From positions 9,689 to 73,688 of the forward strand of contig CASEFP010000033.1 of NCBI GenBank assembly GCA_949287225.1: 64,000 nt of DNA. Direction: 5' to 3'. This stretch comes from an uncultured Lentisphaeria bacterium (GTDB lineage Bacteria > Verrucomicrobiota > Lentisphaeria > Victivallales > UBA1829). The position numbers were made by a program, and so were the translations under genes. Numbering within the stretch: the first letter of the stretch is position 1; the number at the start of each line of letters is the position of its first letter. The notes beneath the pieces were generated by a model that was given only the letters and a program-made list of their open reading frames with translations, searched no databases and was not told the DNA's origin. This document shows positions 59,230-64,000 of the stretch, piece after piece.

Positions 59230-61775
59230 TTTATGGTGTATTCATAGGTTTCGCTCTGTCCCGGAGAAAGAACAATTTCGGGACTGAGAAATTCAATTGT
59301 GACATCGCCGCCTCTCTGCCAGCAGTAGACCCCGGCGAATTTGGGATCAGGAGTGAAGGTCAGTGTATCTTTCAGATATTCCTCCGCCGCCCGGGAGATG
59401 ACCGGGGCTCCATCCCAGAGTTTTCGTTCGACATGATTGAGAAAATTGACTTCCGCGCCCTTTTTGAGAAAGATATTGTCGGTATTCCGGAGCGTCCCAA
59501 GAGAAAGGGTTGTTTTTTCCGCATGAAAACGGGTTCCGGGTTTCGGCAGATTCGCCGCGCGGAAGGAAAAACGCATCGTCTGTTCCGTCGGATTTGTAAA
59601 TTTGATCCTGACCTTCAAGGAGGAATCCTGGAGAAGGAAACTTCTGTCGATCCGCAGATTCAGAAGCGGATTCGGTGCCGGGTTTGCATCGGGAAACGGC
59701 GGGACTGTCGCCTGCGAGCGGATACAGCCGGGACGATTGGGCAGAGGGCGGAAACTGCATGGTTCCTGTCCGGGGTCAAGGAGAAGAATTTTTCCTGCGT
59801 ATCCCCCTTTCATCAACTCCGCGTCTGTCCGGTTTCTGAATCCTGTCACTTCCCCGTTTTCGAGCGCATCAATTTGAATTTTCAGGTGGCGCTTCTCCGC
59901 TTTCAGGACCGATTTCCCTCCGGCCGCGCTCCAGTAAACTACCGAATCCCCGGCGCGGATCTCGCGGAAAAGTGTATTCCCGCCTTGTTTCATCCGGTTT
60001 TTTTCGATTTCGCGGCGGATGGCTTCCTGCGGCGGCGGATTGTCCGGAGTGGAGAGCACGGCGCCGTTGGGGGGGACTTTCAGCGCATATCGGATCTTCT
60101 CTCCGGATATTTCCAGGATTGCCGCTTCTTTCGGGTGGCAGTTCAGGATTGTGAACAGATACTTTCCTTGATGCCGATGGACCGTGGTGCGGATCACACG
60201 GGAGAAGTCGGGAAATGTCATGCTGATTTTCCGTCCGTCTTCTCCCGTGATTTCATGGGAGGCCGCATTCAGCGGCGTAAAGCGGAATCTGCCGTCGGCT
60301 CTTTGCCCTTTCCGGTAGAAATCCTCGTATTCGGCAATTTCTTCGAAAGCACTTGCGATGACCTGGAAATATTCTCCTCCGAACGCCTCGTTCGGCCAGA
60401 AGCCGAAGCCTTTCGCGCCGAGCGCGGCGGCGGCAAGTATGTTCTGACGCACTTTTTCCGGAGTGTACTGCTGGAAAAAGGAGAGCAGCCGTTCCGCAGG
60501 ATCAATCCAGATGAAAACATCTTTTTTCAGATTTTCAAGATTGAATCTGACATCGTCAAAGAATTTGACGCCGGTATAATACGGCATGAGGCAATGACCG
60601 TCCACGACGTCGTCCACTGCCGCCGGATCCACGCAGCACCAGTGGGAAAGGCGTTCCCGTCCGGCGTGAAGCGGATCGGTGCAGAGATGGAAGCGCCGTC
60701 CCGGCAGTTCCTCGCGGAAGATGCGGCAGACCTTCCGGATCAGCTGTGTGTGACGGTCCAGCGTATAGGCAAACCACTGTTTCCAGTATTTTGTCTCGAT
60801 CTCCGCGGTGGACGGGATGGAATTCCATTTCATCTGCTGCGCAAAGCGTTTTCTTTCTCCTTCCTCGAAATTTTTTGCCCCCGGTTCAAAATCCCAGATC
60901 ACAGTTTTCATCTCCGGTTTTTTGTCCCGGATGGTCCGGAAAACGAAGCGCAGGTAGTTTTCGAATTTTCTGTCGCTGTCCTCCAGCTTGCGCCAGTTCG
61001 GAATCGGGCCGTTGGGTTCGCTGATTCCATATGCCCTGCGCAGTTCTGCGAGGGCCTTCCGGGTTTCCGGATACATGCAGAGCATGTCTCCTCCCAGCAT
61101 GACGGTGTCTTCAAAAACTCCGTCCGGACGGTCGCCTGGATATACGAGCCGTTCGCGGCATTTCGAAAGACTTTTCCAGTAATCGGGAATTACCGCGTTT
61201 GTGCCCGGATAGGAGAGATGCAGCTTGAATTTTTCCGCCGGACGGGACGGGAACCGGACGGCGGGCAGAACCGCAACTTCCGCACTCATCTCCTTCAGGT
61301 CATTTCCATCCACTTTGAACGACCAGTACATTCTGCCTTTCCGTCCGCCTGAATCCGGAGCCGCGCTGAGAAGGAGATGCTGATAATTCCAGATATGTCC
61401 GATCAGGCTGATGAAACGCGGATCGAATTTGATGCGGTAACGGTTGCAGCGCCTGGAATCCCGCATGACGACGCTGTGTTCCGGAGCCTGACGGATGACT
61501 TTGCCTGTCGCCGGATCCGGATAACGCGATGAGAACTCTTTCAGAAGGATGAATTCCGGGGTTTCCAGAGTCATCTCCGCGGAGGAGTATTTTCCCGGAC
61601 ACGATGACGAAAGGATGAGCAGGACAGGCAGATTCTGAGGAATGCCCAGCGGGGTTTTCAGGAAACAGAGCGGATGGATTTGAAACTGCGGGGACGCGTC
61701 TGCGAGAGATCCGGCAGCCAGAAGGATCACAGCGGAGAGCACTTTTAAGAGAGCTGTCTTTCGGATTGATTTCAT
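59226..61775 (-). CDS. Large secreted protein of unknown function (possible glycan-active enzyme)
   Basis: 849 aa. Signal peptide 'LLKVLSAVILLAAGSLADA'. I recognised no family motif. The central part looks TIM-barrel-like ('VIWDFEPGAKNFEEGE', 'GFGFWPNEAFGGEYF'), but this is speculative. Confidence 0.6.
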   Translation of the reverse strand: MKSIRKTALLKVLSAVILLAAGSLADASPQFQIHPLCFLKTPLGIPQNLPVLLILSSSCPGKYSSAEMTLETPEFILLKEFSSRYPDPATGKVIRQAPEHSVVMRDSRRCNRYRIKFDPRFISLIGHIWNYQHLLLSAAPDSGGRKGRMYWSFKVDGNDLKEMSAEVAVLPAVRFPSRPAEKFKLHLSYPGTNAVIPDYWKSLSKCRERLVYPGDRPDGVFEDTVMLGGDMLCMYPETRKALAELRRAYGISEPNGPIPNWRKLEDSDRKFENYLRFVFRTIRDKKPEMKTVIWDFEPGAKNFEEGERKRFAQQMKWNSIPSTAEIETKYWKQWFAYTLDRHTQLIRKVCRIFREELPGRRFHLCTDPLHAGRERLSHWCCVDPAAVDDVVDGHCLMPYYTGVKFFDDVRFNLENLKKDVFIWIDPAERLLSFFQQYTPEKVRQNILAAAALGAKGFGFWPNEAFGGEYFQVIASAFEEIAEYEDFYRKGQRADGRFRFTPLNAASHEITGEDGRKISMTFPDFSRVIRTTVHRHQGKYLFTILNCHPKEAAILEISGEKIRYALKVPPNGAVLSTPDNPPPQEAIRREIEKNRMKQGGNTLFREIRAGDSVVYWSAAGGKSVLKAEKRHLKIQIDALENGEVTGFRNRTDAELMKGGYAGKILLLDPGQEPCSFRPLPNRPGCIRSQATVPPFPDANPAPNPLLNLRIDRSFLLQDSSLKVRIKFTNPTEQTMRFSFRAANLPKPGTRFHAEKTTLSLGTLRNTDNIFLKKGAEVNFLNHVERKLWDGAPVISRAAEEYLKDTLTFTPDPKFAGVYCWQRGGDVTIEFLSPEIVLSPGQSETYEYTIK

Positions 61776-61795
61776 ATTTCAGCCGGCTGTTCTGT

Positions 61796-62317
61796 TCATT
61801 TCTGCTTTGTCTTTGCGGGAATTTCCTCCAGGGAAATGTTGTCGAAGAGAGCAGAGCCTTCGCATTTTGTCAGCATTGCTCCGAGGTTGACCGTTGTCGC
61901 CTGAAAGTATTTTGAATTGAACTGGAATTCTCCTTTGCACCAGTCGGTGTCCCCTTTCAAATACTCCCACAATCCTTCCGGGCCGTAGTGCAGGGCTTTT
62001 TTCCAATCGGGTGTGGCGACATAAACACAGGCACCCCGTTCTCCTTTCATGCCTTTAGCTCGGATATAGAATTTCAGGCGGTATTCCGTATCCGGTTTGA
62101 GTTTCAAAGTTTGAAAGAGAAACGCTTCTCCGCTTTGATTGGCTTTCATCATAACGGCATGAGGTGGGGTGACCGTGTCCGTGTTTTCCAGCACATTCTG
62201 ACTCCATTTGGGAGCCTGCCAGTTTTTCAGCCCGTCGGAGAAATTTCCGTTCATCACCAGATTTTCAGCATTTGCGCAACCCGCGGCAAGCAGTGCGCAC
62301 AGAATTGTCATTTTCAT
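61796..62317 (-). CDS. Small secreted CBM-like jelly-roll protein
   Basis: 173 aa. Signal peptide 'MKMTILCALLAAGCANA'. First strand 'ENLVMNGNFSDGLKNWQ', 'LKPDTEYRLKFYIRAKG', last strand 'ALFDNISLEE'. Confidence 0.7.
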   Translation of the reverse strand: MKMTILCALLAAGCANAENLVMNGNFSDGLKNWQAPKWSQNVLENTDTVTPPHAVMMKANQSGEAFLFQTLKLKPDTEYRLKFYIRAKGMKGERGACVYVATPDWKKALHYGPEGLWEYLKGDTDWCKGEFQFNSKYFQATTVNLGAMLTKCEGSALFDNISLEEIPAKTKQK

Positions 62318-62338
62318 GAAAGCCTCTCTTTGTTGCAG

Positions 62339-63094
62339 TTAATATTGGAACCCGCAGACATAAGCCTTTGGAGCAAGTGTAAAACTGTACCCGCAGTCGC
62401 GGTTGAAAAACGCATCAAAACGGAGCGCTTCGACATGTCCGTCAAAGAATGCCATGTTGCAGCGCCCCGGCAGGGTTGTGATCACGACTGGAGACTTCCG
62501 GCTCCGGGGATCGGGTGCGGAATGCCGGAATGCCGGATGCAGTTTCTGCTGCAGGGTCGGGATTGTCGTTGAAATGCAGTCGCCGGCGAACAGCGCGATG
62601 GAGGCTTTTTTGATGGAACTGAGTTTTCGCTGATCCCCCAGCCAGTAGTTGATTCCGAAATGCGTTCCATATTCAAAACCGCCTTCTCCAGTTCCCGAAA
62701 AACCCAGTTTTTCCGATGGGCAGATGAAATTTCCTGCATTCCTGTAGTTCCCGTAAAATTTCAATCCGTAACGGGGGGATGAGGAACCATAATCGCCTAA
62801 TTTCCCCATCCAGAGTGTGAGCCAGAACTGGGAATGATCGGACTGATAAGGCACAATGCTCTCCTGATTGTCCATGGAGTACATGCTCCCTGCCATTGCA
62901 ATCTGCTTCAGATTGTTGACGCATGAAATGTCCGAGCCTTTGTTTCTGATGCGGCTCAGTGCGGGAAGCAGCATCGCGGCAAGAATGGCGATGATCATGA
63001 TAACGGTGAGGAGTTCTATCAATGTGAAATTCTCAATAAGCGCTGTCTTGCTGATGTTTGGGAAGTGTTTTCCCGGATTGCCTGAAGCGTTCAT
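62339..63094 (-). CDS. Prepilin-type N-terminal cleavage/methylation domain protein (DUF1559-type pseudopilin-like)
   Basis: '[30 protein letters not shown]'. C-terminal '[13 protein letters not shown]' keeps the DG but not the His of H-X9-DG. It is the first gene of the 63094-58417 minus-strand operon. Confidence 0.9.
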   Translation of the reverse strand: MNASGNPGKHFPNISKTALIENFTLIELLTVIMIIAILAAMLLPALSRIRNKGSDISCVNNLKQIAMAGSMYSMDNQESIVPYQSDHSQFWLTLWMGKLGDYGSSSPRYGLKFYGNYRNAGNFICPSEKLGFSGTGEGGFEYGTHFGINYWLGDQRKLSSIKKASIALFAGDCISTTIPTLQQKLHPAFRHSAPDPRSRKSPVVITTLPGRCNMAFFDGHVEALRFDAFFNRDCGYSFTLAPKAYVCGFQY

Positions 63095-63267
63095 GAATGT
63101 TGCACTCCTTGTTTTTACGCATCCAGATTTATTCCGTCGCCTTAATAATTATATACGGAAAATGATCTTTCATCAAGAGATGATTTTGTCAAAAAAATAT
63201 GGTTTTTTCGTCACATGGTTTGTTTTTTATTCTGTTTCCGCTTATATTGTCAGGGGAGATTCTTTTC

Positions 63268-64000
63268 ATGTGGAGGCAGTTGATTATTGAAGATGTCGGG
63301 CGCCTGAGCCGCTTTCCTTTCCGGGTGAAGGAGGTGGGATATACGCATGGCGGGACCTATCCGGAACGGGAAATTGTCAACCGCGAAAAATTTGAGATAT
63401 GTCTGCGCCTGTATTCTCAGGGAGCGGAAGCCGTCGAATATATCAATTCTGTCCGCCATGTGGTCAAATACCCTCATGTTGTGCTGAAAATGCCCGGGGT
63501 TCCCCATCGCTTCACCGTGCATGTTCCGCGGGAGTCGGTCTATTTCGCCTATGCTCCGGAGATGTTGGCATCCCTCCGGGAGGTGCTGCCGTTTCCGGAA
63601 CAGGCTATCTGGGAAATCTGCCCGGGGGATCTGGAAAACCGTTTGATTTCCGAAATGACGGATCTGATGGAGCGTTCCCAGGAATACGGGGTCGCGGACC
63701 GGATTGATCTGGTCGCGTTTCAATTGATGGAACTGTTGTTTTTTCGTCAGAATTACACGGCGGCACATCCGGACTGCAATGAAACGAAGATCCGGAGTAT
63801 CGCCTCGTATTTTCAGCTGCATTTCCGGGAGGATATTGATGTGCTCCGCCTTGTGGCGCGTTTCGGGATGTCCCGGAGCACGTTTATCCGTCACTGGCGG
63901 CGTTTGTTCCCGCAGACCCCCGGACAATATATTCTGGATCTCAAACTGCAGACCGCCTGCAGAAGTCTGGAGGAAAATCCGAATCTCCCGATTCAGACGT
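63268..64000 (+). CDS. AraC-family transcriptional regulator (3' end beyond the window)
   Basis: My own translation from ATG 63268 (RBS AGGGGAG 9 nt upstream): 'MWRQLIIEDVGRLSRFPFRVKEVGYTHGG...IRSIASYFQLHFREDIDVLRLVARFGMSRSTFIRHWRRLFPQTPGQYILDLKLQTA'. The frame stays open to nt 64000. It is not in the ORF track because no stop codon falls inside the window. Confidence 0.75.
   Translation, partial: MWRQLIIEDVGRLSRFPFRVKEVGYTHGGTYPEREIVNREKFEICLRLYSQGAEAVEYINSVRHVVKYPHVVLKMPGVPHRFTVHVPRESVYFAYAPEMLASLREVLPFPEQAIWEICPGDLENRLISEMTDLMERSQEYGVADRIDLVAFQLMELLFFRQNYTAAHPDCNETKIRSIASYFQLHFREDIDVLRLVARFGMSRSTFIRHWRRLFPQTPGQYILDLKLQTACRSLEENPNLPIQT

Noticed and set aside
54998-61352. Long shadow ORFs 54998-56662 (554 aa, +), 56741-58204 (487 aa, -) and 59214-61352 (712 aa, +).
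   Set aside because: They are antisense to glnN, the sigma-54 activator and the 849-aa secreted protein respectively. The sense frames carry GS III and AAA+ motifs or a signal peptide, while the antisense frames are compositionally biased and cross intergenic regions.
1-64000. Search for mobile elements, CRISPR arrays, toxin-antitoxin pairs, restriction-modification or other defence islands.
   Set aside because: I saw no transposase, integrase or recombinase motifs, no direct-repeat/spacer arrays, and no small paired ORFs typical of TA systems. The window looks like core chromosome plus glycan-utilisation loci.

Overview
This 64-kb window is densely coding, with about 50 CDS. By eye I found no rRNA, tRNA, CRISPR array, transposase, integrase or recognisable defence system. 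Coding DNA is GC-rich and the short intergenic regions are AT-rich. This produces many long antisense shadow ORFs, which I rejected.

The gene content suggests a PVC-superphylum chromosome (Lentisphaerota/Victivallales-like or Planctomycetota-like). The evidence is several prepilin-type H-X9-DG/DUF1559 proteins, a type III glutamine synthetase, rpoN plus an enhancer-binding protein, and many leaderless glycoside hydrolases. This taxonomic placement is inference only.

Main blocks:
- (i) 29-12406: two glycan-type operons and a GntR/sugar-binding regulator. One operon is SGNH esterase, GH89-like enzyme and pseudopilin. The other is pseudopilin, a 1118-aa secreted enzyme, a Gfo/Idh/MocA oxidoreductase and two tandem QueG/RdhA-like Fe-S proteins.
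- (ii) 12.7-16 kb: an orphan secreted jelly-roll protein, then a His-tailed DMT transporter and a CDF transporter.
- (iii) 16-25.5 kb: IclR, GH20, a double-SIS protein, metY, a GH2 beta-glucuronidase-like enzyme, AraC and a GT2.
- (iv) 25.6-33.4 kb: MFS transporter, MBL hydrolases, a second copy of the secreted jelly-roll protein, a GT-C-like membrane protein and rpoN.
- (v) 33.4-40.7 kb: a Ser/Thr kinase coupled to a degenerate hybrid histidine kinase, an LpxL-like acyltransferase, rpe, and a radical-SAM/MnmC-methyltransferase fusion.
- (vi) 40.7-47 kb: a GldA/F/G-type ABC operon with a DUF4340 protein.
- (vii) 47-54 kb: a PurN-like protein, a YdbH/AsmA-like protein, a hairpin-dense intergenic element, a PaaI thioesterase, purM, an alpha/beta hydrolase and a GNAT.
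- (viii) 54.4-58.4 kb: glnN with a near-consensus sigma-54 promoter, next to a divergent GAF-type sigma-54 activator.
- (ix) 58.4-64 kb: a third pseudopilin-led operon (pseudopilin, CBM-like protein, 849-aa secreted protein, GH16) with a divergent AraC.

The best candidates for undescribed biology are:
- the recurring pseudopilin-per-glycan-operon architecture;
- the Fe-S/oxidoreductase operon;
- the Ser/Thr kinase and pseudo-histidine-kinase pair;
- the radical-SAM/MnmC fusion;
- the structured intergenic element at 50589-50786.

All family assignments rest on motif recognition by eye. No searches were run.
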